From NCBI GenBank assembly GCA_905233565.1, contig CAJOCL010000010.1, forward strand, positions 18,832 through 82,831: a DNA stretch of 64,000 nucleotides, written 5' to 3'. Positions 17,551 to 27,696 of the stretch are shown piece after piece (the first letter of the stretch is position 1; each line of letters begins with the position of its first letter). Origin of the DNA: an uncultured Synergistales bacterium. Lineage in GTDB: Bacteria > Synergistota > Synergistia > Synergistales > Aminobacteriaceae. A program made the translations under genes and the position numbers. The notes beneath the pieces were generated by a model. That model ran no database searches and was not told where the DNA came from. It saw nothing but the letters and a program-made list of their open reading frames with translations.

Positions 17551-20500
17551 TCAGCGTTTTTTCCTCAAAATTAACAGCCCTGTGAGCATTAACCCAAGTG
17601 TCAGGCCGCTGTCACAACCGCCGCTTGAACTTGAAACTCCCTGCGCTGCTTCCGAACTTTCCATAGTTACGACAGGTGAGTAAATTTTCCCCGCTTCAAG
17701 ATAAGCAGCTACATTAACATGCTTGTTTGCAGGTACGGTTGAAACTTCATCGCCGTCATCATTCAGGAACGTGTAATCCCCAGTGTACTCTTCTGAAGAG
17801 TAAACAGAGCCTGTTACTTCCCTTGTCGTCATGTCAAGGAAAATTTTTGTCCCTTCAGCAAGATTATCAAGGCTCACTCCGAACACGTAAACAGCTGCAA
17901 CATCTACACTGATTTCAGGCAAAACAACTGCCGGTTCCCGTCCCTGTGCCATGATTGAGTTTAACTGTCCCGTTGAAAGGTTGCTTATCCCCCTGCTGTG
18001 TCCCGATGCCCTTTCAGGCAAAATATCAACGCTGATATTCGGACGGCTCAGCAAACGTCTCAGATTATCGGCAACAGTATCAACATTTACTGACGGAGCG
18101 TGAGGCATTGAAGACTCAGGAGTTATTGTCTTGTCAGGGCTTGTTGTCGCCGGAATATCGGGGCTTGACGGTGCAGGAATATCAGGACTCGTTGGATCCG
18201 GTTCAGGTTTAGGCTCAGGAATAACTGAATTTTCAAGTATCAGCTCAACATCACGAGATGTTGCTGACGCTAAGAGAAGAGGCCTGTATGTGCCTGCCAT
18301 GAAATAAGCAGCTACGTTGATGAATTTTTCCCCTGAAACTGCACCGGTTATGTTGCCCTCATCATCAACAAACATTACCCGGCTGACTTCCTGCCACTGC
18401 TCCTCGCTGTAAGTCCTAAAGAATATTTCAGTGTCTTCAAGCGTTATATTCTCTGTCGGCAGCCTGAACATGTATAAACCGTCAGTAAATATACGAATTT
18501 CAGGAAGTACAACGGCTATAAGTTTCGGATTTTCACCGCTCACTAAATCCGCGCTCAGTTCGTTAAACACCGCAACGGCATCACGGGACGCAATTATCAG
18601 GGAATTTTCAGCCGTCAGCATATTGACACCGTACTGAAGATTCATAGTGTCCACGAAACTCCAGACTTCATTATAAGCATCTTCTGAAGGATCCTGCGGA
18701 ACTGCGTATCTCGGATAAACTGAGAGGCCGTCAATTCCCATTTTATGCGGTGCTTCAGGCTCAGGGATTACGGGCGGCTCAACCGGCGTAACGCTCTCTT
18801 CTGAGTACTGAACCCAGCCGTAAACGTTAGCGTCCATTGAAGCAAGAGATTTCATGAACGCCTCAGCATCATCAGTCAGTCCGGGTATGACGTACTTTCC
18901 TGTCGAAACATCAAGCGATGCTACCCATATTTCAATAGGTCTGCCGAGATATATTTCTGAATGGCCGTAGTTATACCTAGCCGTAAATGTTGTTCCAAGC
19001 GTTGTTATTCCCGCTGATTTCCCGGTTAATCTGATTTTTACCGTCCTGTCATCGCTGGAAATTATATCGAACGAAAGTATATCCGAATTTCCGACATATG
19101 CGAGGAGATTGTCAAAATTTTCGTCCTCTAAGCTCAGAGTAATGTCACAGCTTTCGCCTGCTTTCAGGAAGCCCGGGAACGCCGAAAAGTCCGCAGAAAC
19201 TACTAAATTGCTATGATAATCATCAGGAACATCTACAGGCTGGAAATTCCACGTACGCACAATATTACCGTCATCATGCGTGAAAACTATGCTGTTTATG
19301 GAGATTTCAGGGATATTCAGCACTATAGAACCATTGAGGCCGTTTGCATGGAATGAAGACGAATAACTACTGTTTACGTCAACGCTAAGAACTCCTGAAC
19401 CGTTAAGCGTCCATTCAAGGGATTTTGCGTTCAGGCCGTCAGCAACAATCTTGAATTTCGGCCTCAAATTTTCCGAAATTTCCGGGATTGCAGGCATTGT
19501 ATAATCTCCTGAATTGAAAAAGCCTGAAGGAAATTCACATCTGAATTTTTGACCTCCCCTTAAGAGCGGCAGGTTATATTTCAACCTGTAAAACAATCCG
19601 TCCATTCCCCCCTCCAAAGTGTAATCAGGGTAAATGGTGTAAACGTCTTCGGGGTCTTCGCCCTCTTCGTAGTAATCGCGTGAGACGTAGACATTGCATC
19701 TAAAGGAGTATATTCCATTGTCCCAGAATACTGATCCCGATATTCTTCCATTGCACACAAGATATACGGAAGGACCGCCTCTAACATTGTTATAATCAGG
19801 AACGCCGCCGATTACTGGCCCGTTGAAATTCATGTCTATTTCAACACTAAAATCATCGCTTGTAACGTCCTTTGTTGTGCTTGAGCCGCTGTAAGAGAAC
19901 ATCCAATAATAGCGTATGCCGTCATAAACGTATTCAAAGTCTATGCCGCCACTGTTACTGTAAGGCTGTCCACTCGGGAAATTAAGAGTTCCTGAGGTTC
20001 CGTTTAAGCTGATGCCGTTAATCGAGATGTCGGAAATTTCCGAAGGATTAACCTGCGACAAGTTCGACGATTTAACGAATGACCATTCTATTGCCGAAAT
20101 GTAATTTTTATCCTCAGAGAAAATCGGCCTTACAAACGGAACGAAATCTTCAAGCTGTTCTGATGTTGAGCGTATTTTATCGGCTGAAATCAGAGACGAC
20201 AGTTTTATCGGCGAGCTGTTAAGATCCGGGCTTTCAGGAAATTCATACCACAGCGTTATTTCTGAAAAGTCATCGGGAATATGGACAGGTGATAAAGAAT
20301 ATTCTCCGTTATCATTGCTGTCAAGAGTATTAAAACTTACGCCTTCGGTAGAAAAAGGGTAAACGTACGAGAAAAGGCCGTATCCTGTAATGCTATCGAT
20401 GCAGAACATATATTCATCATCGCTGACGTTATAGGCTTGAACGTTCATGATTTCATGCGTTGAGCCATTGACGATACCAAGATGACCGCTCAACGGAAGC

Positions 20501-21900
20501 ATTAATGAGATTGTTCTGGTACCGCCGATTGAATCATAAAAGGTACGTTCTGAAACCGTGAAGACATCTGAGCTTTTAGCTTTTAAGCCGCTGAGAGAGT
20601 GAAGTATTAATCCCCTATCAGAAGCTGAATTGTATTTCGGTATATCACCGCTGAATACAACACTTGTTGCGTGTTCGAGCAGAGGTTTAAGAACAGAATT
20701 TTTTTCCTCGAAATTCATATCTCCGCTCTCATCCGTAACTATTATTTCACGGTAAAAAGCCTCTTTGTCATAATGCTCTCCCGTTATATTCGGAATGTAA
20801 ACTTTCAGGGCCGTAACTCCCGGTTCTCCGGCAATCAGCGTAAACGATAATTCTGACTTGTTCTCGCGCCAGTTCATGCCATTCCATGTTCCCGAACCCT
20901 GTTTGAAATTCAGATCATCAACTTCAAGAACTGAGGAGTTTCCGACTTCAACGGCATCACTGCTGAGGCTGAACTTGTACCATGACGGTATCTTTATCAC
21001 TATGTCCCTGCTCTCGCCCGTCCTGAGGGTTAAGGGCTGTTTTGAAAGCGCAAGATCTCCCCAGTTTATGCTTGAGAAGTGTCCGCCGACAGGTTCAAAG
21101 TTCCACGTGAAATTTTTCCCGTCCTTCATATAGCTGACTGTTACTCCTTGCAATAAGTCTTCAGTCATTTCAAAGTAATGGCTCTGGCGTACAGGATAGG
21201 GCTTTGAAAACTCCGTAAACGTATGAGACGGTGAGTCCCAATTCATAACAACTCCTAATGTTACAGAAGGCAGATTTACTGCTACGGGGACGCTCCAATC
21301 GCCTGACTTCACGAACCATAAGTCAATACGCCCGATTTCGTCAGGCTTGTCATCCCTGTGATTGACCCTGACAAACGGCACAATATCATTAACATCTATG
21401 CTTATCGGCTCAAGTTCTGAAATTTTTTTGATAACTGCACTCCCGACCGTAACATCAGGCGAGGTGTACAAGTTCCAGAGAACTTTACTCCCTGCAAGGT
21501 ATTGAATACCATAATAAAAAGAGCCAACATTATAACCCTGAAATGTCCCTGCATAACTGCCATAATTATAACTGTATAACCCTATCGGACTTATGTAATA
21601 ATTCTGTCCGTCCGGAAACCGATCACTGCTCACAACGGTTAATGTACCTAGCGGCAATACGTTGCTCTCATAATCCTTCCTGACTGTTCCGCCCAAACTC
21701 ACGCCGTTTGGTTTGAATTGCTGAACACCCGAATAGTCAGGTTCTCCGTCAATCCTTAATCTCACGCTTCCGCTCGTTACGTATTCATAACAAAGTCCGA
21801 AACCCGAAAAAGGATTTGAAGGAACTTCCGCGCCGCTTGAGACAGTGCAGGTTACGCATAAAATCATAACAAGTACTGTCAGCAAAAAGAACTTACGCAT
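17551..21900 (-). CDS. Giant secreted/cell-surface protein with a Synergistetes-type C-terminal sorting signal
   Basis: ORF track 17551..21939. ATG 21900 gives MRKFFLLTVLVMILCVTCTVSSGAEV, a signal peptide. The protein is 1449 aa with several reiterated modules and a Pro-rich linker. The extreme C-terminus is SSSGGCDSGLTLGLMLTGLLILRKKR (GC motif, TM helix, basic tail). Confidence 0.75.
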   Translation of the reverse strand: MRKFFLLTVLVMILCVTCTVSSGAEVPSNPFSGFGLCYEYVTSGSVRLRIDGEPDYSGVQQFKPNGVSLGGTVRKDYESNVLPLGTLTVVSSDRFPDGQNYYISPIGLYSYNYGSYAGTFQGYNVGSFYYGIQYLAGSKVLWNLYTSPDVTVGSAVIKKISELEPISIDVNDIVPFVRVNHRDDKPDEIGRIDLWFVKSGDWSVPVAVNLPSVTLGVVMNWDSPSHTFTEFSKPYPVRQSHYFEMTEDLLQGVTVSYMKDGKNFTWNFEPVGGHFSSINWGDLALSKQPLTLRTGESRDIVIKIPSWYKFSLSSDAVEVGNSSVLEVDDLNFKQGSGTWNGMNWRENKSELSFTLIAGEPGVTALKVYIPNITGEHYDKEAFYREIIVTDESGDMNFEEKNSVLKPLLEHATSVVFSGDIPKYNSASDRGLILHSLSGLKAKSSDVFTVSERTFYDSIGGTRTISLMLPLSGHLGIVNGSTHEIMNVQAYNVSDDEYMFCIDSITGYGLFSYVYPFSTEGVSFNTLDSNDNGEYSLSPVHIPDDFSEITLWYEFPESPDLNSSPIKLSSLISADKIRSTSEQLEDFVPFVRPIFSEDKNYISAIEWSFVKSSNLSQVNPSEISDISINGISLNGTSGTLNFPSGQPYSNSGGIDFEYVYDGIRYYWMFSYSGSSTTKDVTSDDFSVEIDMNFNGPVIGGVPDYNNVRGGPSVYLVCNGRISGSVFWDNGIYSFRCNVYVSRDYYEEGEDPEDVYTIYPDYTLEGGMDGLFYRLKYNLPLLRGGQKFRCEFPSGFFNSGDYTMPAIPEISENLRPKFKIVADGLNAKSLEWTLNGSGVLSVDVNSSYSSSFHANGLNGSIVLNIPEISINSIVFTHDDGNIVRTWNFQPVDVPDDYHSNLVVSADFSAFPGFLKAGESCDITLSLEDENFDNLLAYVGNSDILSFDIISSDDRTVKIRLTGKSAGITTLGTTFTARYNYGHSEIYLGRPIEIWVASLDVSTGKYVIPGLTDDAEAFMKSLASMDANVYGWVQYSEESVTPVEPPVIPEPEAPHKMGIDGLSVYPRYAVPQDPSEDAYNEVWSFVDTMNLQYGVNMLTAENSLIIASRDAVAVFNELSADLVSGENPKLIAVVLPEIRIFTDGLYMFRLPTENITLEDTEIFFRTYSEEQWQEVSRVMFVDDEGNITGAVSGEKFINVAAYFMAGTYRPLLLASATSRDVELILENSVIPEPKPEPDPTSPDIPAPSSPDIPATTSPDKTITPESSMPHAPSVNVDTVADNLRRLLSRPNISVDILPERASGHSRGISNLSTGQLNSIMAQGREPAVVLPEISVDVAAVYVFGVSLDNLAEGTKIFLDMTTREVTGSVYSSEEYTGDYTFLNDDGDEVSTVPANKHVNVAAYLEAGKIYSPVVTMESSEAAQGVSSSSGGCDSGLTLGLMLTGLLILRKKR
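18142..18189 (-). repeat. 2 x 24-nt imperfect tandem repeat inside the surface-protein gene
   Basis: Minus strand reads agtcctgatattcctgcaccgtca / agccccgatattccggcgacaaca, encoding SPDIPAPS / SPDIPATT within the linker PEPKPEPDPTSPDIPAPSSPDIPATTSPD. Confidence 0.85.
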
Positions 21901-21985
21901 TAAAAATAGCCTTCTTTCTTTGATTTTTTTTGGAAACAATTTAGTAAATTTTAATTCCCCTCCCCCAATACGTCAACCTACTAAT

Positions 21986-22005
21986 CTGCTATATTCTGCT
22001 ATACT
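21986..22005 (+). promoter_or_regulatory. 10-bp tandem direct repeat (CTGCTATATT CTGCTATACT), Pho-box-like, upstream of the Na/Pi-PhoU gene
   Basis: The direct repeat was read from the sequence. A TATTAT -10-like hexamer at 22017-22022 lies 11 nt downstream of it, and the TTG start with GGAGG is at 22056. Confidence 0.35.
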
Positions 22006-22055
22006 TTAACATGAAATATTATTTTTTAATTTTAATTAATCGGAGGATTTATAAC

Positions 22056-23678
22056 TTGGATCTTCAAACGTTCTTTAACATTGCAGGTGGTGTAGCCCTT
22101 TTCCTGTACGGCATAAAACTGATGAGCGAGGCTCTGCAATTCATAGCCGGCGACAAAATGAGGCAGTTAATCGGAACTCTCACAAAAACACCGTTAAGAG
22201 GCATTTTTGTCGGCATTCTTGTAACCGTGTTAATTCAGTCAAGTACAGGTACTACAGTTATGACAGTCAGTTTCGTAAATACCGGTCTGCTCAATCTAAA
22301 TCAGGCTCTCGGCATAATCATGGGCGCAAACATCGGTACAACGGTAACGGCTCAGATTATAGCCTTCAAAATTGAAGCGTTCGCTTTGCCTCTGGTATTC
22401 TTCGGGGTCTTCCTGTCAATATTCGCAAAGAAAAAGCAAATTACATATCTTTCAAGCGGCATTATCGGCTTGGGGTTATTATTTATGGGTATGCAGACTA
22501 TGAGCAGCGCAACCCACGTAATTTCACGCCACAAAGACATGTTGTTGATACTCAGCCAAAACCCTATAACAGGCGTTCTTGCAGGAATGATTTTAACTAT
22601 TCTCATTCAGTCAAGCGCGGCTACTATCGGTCTTACAATGGCCGTAGCCTCTCAGGGCTTAATCGGACTTGACGCGGCCGTCCCAATAATTTTAGGCGAT
22701 AATATAGGCACGACTTTAACTGCTATTGTCGTCTCAATGGGTGCTTCAAGGCCTGCTAAACAAGCCGCCGCCGGTCATGTCCTGTTTAATTTAATAGGTA
22801 CAATAATATTCCTTTTTGCCTTCCCGCTTTACCGCGAGATTATATTATGGAGCAGCCCGGATATAGACCGTCAGATTGCAAACGCTCACACAATTTTTAA
22901 CGTCCTTAACACAGTAATATTTTTCCCGTTCATTTCACTGCTCGCTAAGTTTATTTCAAGAATAATTCCTTTGAGACCTGAAGACAAGCCCGAAGATGTC
23001 ATGTATCTTGATCCAAAGTTAATAACGATTTCGAGCGCTAGTGCAGTTGAAGCAGTAAAAGATGAGTTATTGCACATGGGCGATGTTATTCACAGAATGT
23101 TTGACGTTATACGGACTACGTTTTTTGAGTTCGACGAGTCAAAAAATGAGGAGAGGCGGAAGAAATTTGATAATCTTGAAGACACCGTAAACAAAATAAC
23201 CCGTGCGATCTCGTCATACTCATCTGAAATCTGGCAGAGGGGCGTATCTGATGAAATTTCAACAGTTTTGGGCTGTTACGTAAACGCCTCGCTTGACTTG
23301 GAAAGAATCGGGGACAGAGCCGAAAATTTAATCGAACGCTGCGACGTAATGAATAATTATCTTTCTGATGAAGCTATCGAGGAGTTCAGGGATATGTACG
23401 AAACTACATGCCAGGCAATTGATACTTCACTGTCATCAATTAAAAATGAAAACTCAGAGCAGGCATGGCATGTCATCAGGGATTTAGAAAAGAAGATAGA
23501 CGGTCAGGAAAAGACTTACAGGCAGAGGCACATTGACAGGTTAAACAGGGGTGAATGCGATCCTGAAAAGGGCGTTAATTTCATAACGCTGCTGAGCAAT
23601 CTCGAACGTATCGGAGATCACAGCAACAACATAGCCGGTTACACTCTTGACATTCTGGCACTTAACAAAAAGGCTTAA
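22056..23678 (+). CDS. Na+/phosphate cotransporter family protein with C-terminal PhoU-like domains
   Basis: ORF track 22011..23678. I prefer TTG 22056, which has GGAGG 9 nt upstream. GGVALFLYGIKLMSEAL, VLIQSSTGTTVM and ILIQSSAATIGL are the duplicated NptA-type motifs. The C-terminal ERIGDRAEN and ERIGDHSNN are PhoU repeats. Confidence 0.85.
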   Translation: MDLQTFFNIAGGVALFLYGIKLMSEALQFIAGDKMRQLIGTLTKTPLRGIFVGILVTVLIQSSTGTTVMTVSFVNTGLLNLNQALGIIMGANIGTTVTAQIIAFKIEAFALPLVFFGVFLSIFAKKKQITYLSSGIIGLGLLFMGMQTMSSATHVISRHKDMLLILSQNPITGVLAGMILTILIQSSAATIGLTMAVASQGLIGLDAAVPIILGDNIGTTLTAIVVSMGASRPAKQAAAGHVLFNLIGTIIFLFAFPLYREIILWSSPDIDRQIANAHTIFNVLNTVIFFPFISLLAKFISRIIPLRPEDKPEDVMYLDPKLITISSASAVEAVKDELLHMGDVIHRMFDVIRTTFFEFDESKNEERRKKFDNLEDTVNKITRAISSYSSEIWQRGVSDEISTVLGCYVNASLDLERIGDRAENLIERCDVMNNYLSDEAIEEFRDMYETTCQAIDTSLSSIKNENSEQAWHVIRDLEKKIDGQEKTYRQRHIDRLNRGECDPEKGVNFITLLSNLERIGDHSNNIAGYTLDILALNKKA

Positions 23679-23684
23679 CATTTT

Positions 23685-25874
23685 GTGAAAAAATATAGTA
23701 TTATTGCAATTGTTTTTACAATCCTAGTGTACGGCCTGTGTACGAATATCACCGTAAGTTCTCAGCAGGTTACAACGATATTCGGCTCACAGGTCTTTTA
23801 TGATGTAAACGGGAAATTATTTCATGTCAGGCTTTCACCGTCATCTGAGTGGCAGATTCCCATAAAATTAAACGAGATGGGGAAATGGCTTCCGTTAGTT
23901 GCCGTAAACGCTGAGGACGGGAGATTTTACCGCCATATCGGCATAGATCTTTTGTCAATGCTCAGGGCGTTGATTCAGGACATTTCAAGCGGTGAAATAG
24001 TATCGGGTGCATCAACGATAACCAGTCAGGTTATACGCCTTGCAGTTTCGGAACGTGAAGGGCGTAAGCGTACCCCTATGACGAAAATACGCGAATTTAT
24101 AATGGCCGTTAAACTTGAAAACCAGATAAGCAAGCCTGAAATTTTAGAATGCTATTTAAATCTCGCGCCTTTCGGGGGAAATATAAGGGGAGTACAGGCA
24201 GCAAGTTTAATATATTTCGGGAAGACAGCATCACAGATTTCACCGGGCGAGGCATGTTTATTAATCGGAATGCTGAAGGGACCGACGCTTTACAGGCCGG
24301 ACACGAAGCCAAAGAATGCAATAAAACGCCGTAACGAGATTATTGCTTTAATGGAACGAAAAAAAGTTTTCACGCATGATGAGGCAAAGAGGGCATATCT
24401 TGAGGAACTGCCGGGAAAAAAATTTGAACTTCCTTCACGTGCCTGGCATTATGCAGAACTGGTCTTATCACAAAATCCCGAACACTCCCGGATTTTCAAC
24501 ACTATGTTAAATCTTGAAATACAGACGAAACTTGAAGCTATATTGAAACAGGCATTAAACGGACTACCTGAAGATATAACATTTTCAGCGGGAGTTGTTG
24601 ACAATGAGACAGCCTCACTTGCTGCATGGGCAGGAAATGCGCGTTTCAGCTACAGGGCAGGGAACGATAAAAATTCAGCGTCATGGGTAGACTGCGGGCG
24701 TTCATTGCGTTCACCGGGTTCAACGCTGAAGCCGTTTGCTTATCTTTCGGCTATTGAACAGGGTATATTAACGCCGTCAACTTTGCTTGCTGATACGTCG
24801 ACAGCTTTTTCAGGAAGAGCCCCACGAAATTTTGATTTACAGTATCGCGGAGCCGTTACGGCAAGAAATGCACTTCATGAGTCTCTTAATGCACCGGCGG
24901 TGAGAGTTTTGCGGACAACGGGGAATGACAGGGTGTTGTCAATGATGAGGGCAGCAGGTTTCAGGCATTTATCTCAGTCAGCAAAATATTACGGAGATTC
25001 GCTGATACTGGGGGGCTGTGATGTAACTTTGCTTGAGGAACTTGAAGCCTACACCACTTTGGCATCGCTTGGACTTCACAGGCCGTTGAAATTGCTGGCT
25101 GAAAACGTACAGAACAGCGAAAGAATTTCAACAGAGGCAGGAGCCTGGATAATCGGCGATATTTTGAAATATAATTCTGAAATTCCCGTGCTGCATAACT
25201 GGCATGTTTCGTTAAAAACGGGGACTTCATACGGACTTCGTGACGCTTGGGCATGTTCATGGACGAAAGATTACACGGTCTGCGTCTGGGCGGGGAAGCC
25301 TGACGGCTCATCATGGGAGGGTTTAATCGGCGCGAGGATTTCGGCACCTGAAGCGGTTAAAATTCTGCGTTTAATAAGCCCCGTTTCAAAATCTTATGAA
25401 CGCCCTGAAGGCTTGATTATGCGGAAAGTATGCACGCTTTCAGGGAAGCCGCCGACTGCTTTGTGTCCGTCAACAAAATTTGAATGGGCTGTCGAAGGGA
25501 TTACCCGGACACTGCCGTGTGATATGCACGTAATAAAATCAGAAGTAAGAATGCCTGCTGAATTTAATAACGCGAAATCTTCAAAGCGTTCAAGATTAAA
25601 AATAATCTCTCCGATTCCCGGAGCTGTTTACATAAATGCACCTCTTGACGAAGCAAGAAATATACCATTGAAGGCCGAAGGTGCATCGGGGCGCGTCTGG
25701 TGGTACATAGACGGGGAATTTTGCGGGACATCGGAAAACGGACATGCCCTCTTTGTCAATATAAATGACGGTGAACACGAAATCAGCGTAACGGACGAAA
25801 CAGGCAGAAGCGACAAATCAGCCGTGAAAGTTTCAACACCTGCGAAAAAAAATACGGGCGATTTATTGTTCTAG
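23685..25874 (+). CDS. pbpC: Penicillin-binding protein 1C (glycosyltransferase + transpeptidase + PbpC C-terminal domain)
   Basis: 729 aa with a GTG start. GT51 motifs are AEDGRFYRHIGID, GASTITSQV and RKIREF. The transpeptidase has SPGSTLKPF (SxxK). A C-terminal Ig-like region (ISPIPGAVYINAP...VWWYIDGEFCG) is typical of PBP1C. Confidence 0.8.
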   Translation: MKKYSIIAIVFTILVYGLCTNITVSSQQVTTIFGSQVFYDVNGKLFHVRLSPSSEWQIPIKLNEMGKWLPLVAVNAEDGRFYRHIGIDLLSMLRALIQDISSGEIVSGASTITSQVIRLAVSEREGRKRTPMTKIREFIMAVKLENQISKPEILECYLNLAPFGGNIRGVQAASLIYFGKTASQISPGEACLLIGMLKGPTLYRPDTKPKNAIKRRNEIIALMERKKVFTHDEAKRAYLEELPGKKFELPSRAWHYAELVLSQNPEHSRIFNTMLNLEIQTKLEAILKQALNGLPEDITFSAGVVDNETASLAAWAGNARFSYRAGNDKNSASWVDCGRSLRSPGSTLKPFAYLSAIEQGILTPSTLLADTSTAFSGRAPRNFDLQYRGAVTARNALHESLNAPAVRVLRTTGNDRVLSMMRAAGFRHLSQSAKYYGDSLILGGCDVTLLEELEAYTTLASLGLHRPLKLLAENVQNSERISTEAGAWIIGDILKYNSEIPVLHNWHVSLKTGTSYGLRDAWACSWTKDYTVCVWAGKPDGSSWEGLIGARISAPEAVKILRLISPVSKSYERPEGLIMRKVCTLSGKPPTALCPSTKFEWAVEGITRTLPCDMHVIKSEVRMPAEFNNAKSSKRSRLKIISPIPGAVYINAPLDEARNIPLKAEGASGRVWWYIDGEFCGTSENGHALFVNINDGEHEISVTDETGRSDKSAVKVSTPAKKNTGDLLF

Positions 25875-25925
25875 CCATTATAATATCTATGAATCGAATA
25901 ATTTATTTATTAAGGAAGGTATTTA

Positions 25926-27674
25926 ATGGCTAGAAATAATCATAACAAAAATAATTCAGCTGACCGCGAAAAATTATGCTTTGTTCCTTTGGGCGGTCTT
26001 GGCGAAATCGGAAAGAACATGTATGTTCTTGAATATCATGACGGGCAGAATGACGAGTTTATAATAATCGACAGCGGTTTGAAATTTCCTGACAGTGAAC
26101 TTCCCGGCGTTGATTATATCGTCCCTGAAATTTCATATCTTGAAGCAAACAGGAATAAAATTCTCGCAATAATCTTAACTCACGGCCATGAAGACCACAC
26201 GGGCGGACTTCCCTACGTTCTGCCGAGATTACGGGTTCCGCTGTACGGTACACAGCTGACGCTCGGACTTGTCAGGAATAAACTTCAGGACGATCTGCCG
26301 ACATTCAGGCCGGATTACCGCGAAATCAGGGCGGGCGATGTTATAAAAATCGGCTCATTCACAATCAGGTTTATAGCCGTAGCGCATTCAATCCCTGACT
26401 GTGTAGCGTTGAGCATTGAGACGCCGTTAGGCAGGATTTTACACACTGGAGACTTCAAACTTGACAGTACGCCGGTTGACGGACGTGTTACGGATTACGG
26501 GGCATTTGCAGAAGAGGGCGACAAGGGAGTAATGCTCCTGTGTTCTGACAGCACTAACGCGGAACGTATAGGCTTTACGCCTTCAGAAAGAATAATTTCA
26601 GGAACTCTTGAAACGCTTTTCAGGACTTACAGGAACAAGAGGATAATAATATCTTCATTCGCCAGCAACGTACACAGGATACAGCAGGTTGCAGATATAG
26701 CGGCAAGGTTTAACAGAAAAATTGCTTTCATGGGGCGAAGTATGCTGCGCAACGCCGAACTTGCAAGGGAAACGGGTTATCTGAAAATTGACAGCAAAAT
26801 GATAATTCAGATTGACGAAATCTGGAAATATTCGGATAATCAGTTAGTTATAGTTACAACGGGAAGTCAGGGAGAACCCTTCAGCGGCCTCGTAACCATG
26901 AGCAGGGGCGAGAATAAACTCGTTGAACTCGGTGAACATGATGCAGTATTTTTATTAGCGTCAGTAATACCGGGCAATGAAAAACTTGTCAACAACACCA
27001 TTAACAGGCTTTTTGCACAGGGCTGTGAAGTCGTCTACGAAAAAGAGCGTCAGATACACGTTTCCGGCCATGCTTCAAGCGAGGAGCTGAAAATAATGTT
27101 AAATCTTACCAGACCCCGATATTTTGTACCGATTCACGGCGAATACAAACACATGGTAAGACATTCACAGTTAGCAATTGAAACGGGAATCCCGCAGCGC
27201 AATATATTTTTAATGAACAACGGCGACATTCTCACCTTCACCCGCAACACCCCTCCAAAGAAACAGGGACATGTTCCGAGCGGGGCGGTAATTGTTGACG
27301 GCAACGCAGCAGGCAGCATAAAGAGCGAAGTTTTGAAAGAGCGCCGCGAAATCGGTGAGGACGGTGTTATCGTCATAGCCGTAGCAGTTGATGAAAAAGG
27401 TAAATTAATGGCACCTGCAGCCGTTGAAACTCAGGGGGTATTTATTCCTGAGGACAGGAACGATATATTTAACGAGATTTACGCGGTCAGTGAGCAGACT
27501 GTTACGGAACTTTCAGGGAAGCGCGCAAATCCTGAGGCTTTGAGGCGTGCGCTGAAATCAAGAGTTATGGACGTTCTGAGAAAGCGTGATACATCGTTCG
27601 CTGTTGTTCTGCCTGTTGTCTCGGTCAAGAATGACAACGATAATGATAATATATTTGAAAAAGATTTCTTTTAG
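25926..27674 (+). CDS. rnj: Ribonuclease J
   Basis: 582 aa. Metallo-beta-lactamase HGHEDHTGG and beta-CASP region; LCFVPLGGLGEIGKNMYVLEY, HVSGHASSEEL and FVPIHGEYKH are as in RNase J1/J2. Confidence 0.9.
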   Translation: MARNNHNKNNSADREKLCFVPLGGLGEIGKNMYVLEYHDGQNDEFIIIDSGLKFPDSELPGVDYIVPEISYLEANRNKILAIILTHGHEDHTGGLPYVLPRLRVPLYGTQLTLGLVRNKLQDDLPTFRPDYREIRAGDVIKIGSFTIRFIAVAHSIPDCVALSIETPLGRILHTGDFKLDSTPVDGRVTDYGAFAEEGDKGVMLLCSDSTNAERIGFTPSERIISGTLETLFRTYRNKRIIISSFASNVHRIQQVADIAARFNRKIAFMGRSMLRNAELARETGYLKIDSKMIIQIDEIWKYSDNQLVIVTTGSQGEPFSGLVTMSRGENKLVELGEHDAVFLLASVIPGNEKLVNNTINRLFAQGCEVVYEKERQIHVSGHASSEELKIMLNLTRPRYFVPIHGEYKHMVRHSQLAIETGIPQRNIFLMNNGDILTFTRNTPPKKQGHVPSGAVIVDGNAAGSIKSEVLKERREIGEDGVIVIAVAVDEKGKLMAPAAVETQGVFIPEDRNDIFNEIYAVSEQTVTELSGKRANPEALRRALKSRVMDVLRKRDTSFAVVLPVVSVKNDNDNDNIFEKDFF

Positions 27675-27696
27675 GTTTAAGGGGGAAAAATAATAA

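Noticed and set aside
18105-18235. Short nucleotide repeats that might have been a VNTR or mini-CRISPR.
   Set aside because: There are only two imperfect 24-nt units. They are in frame and encode the Pro-rich SPDIPA linker of the surface protein, so this is a coding repeat and not an array.
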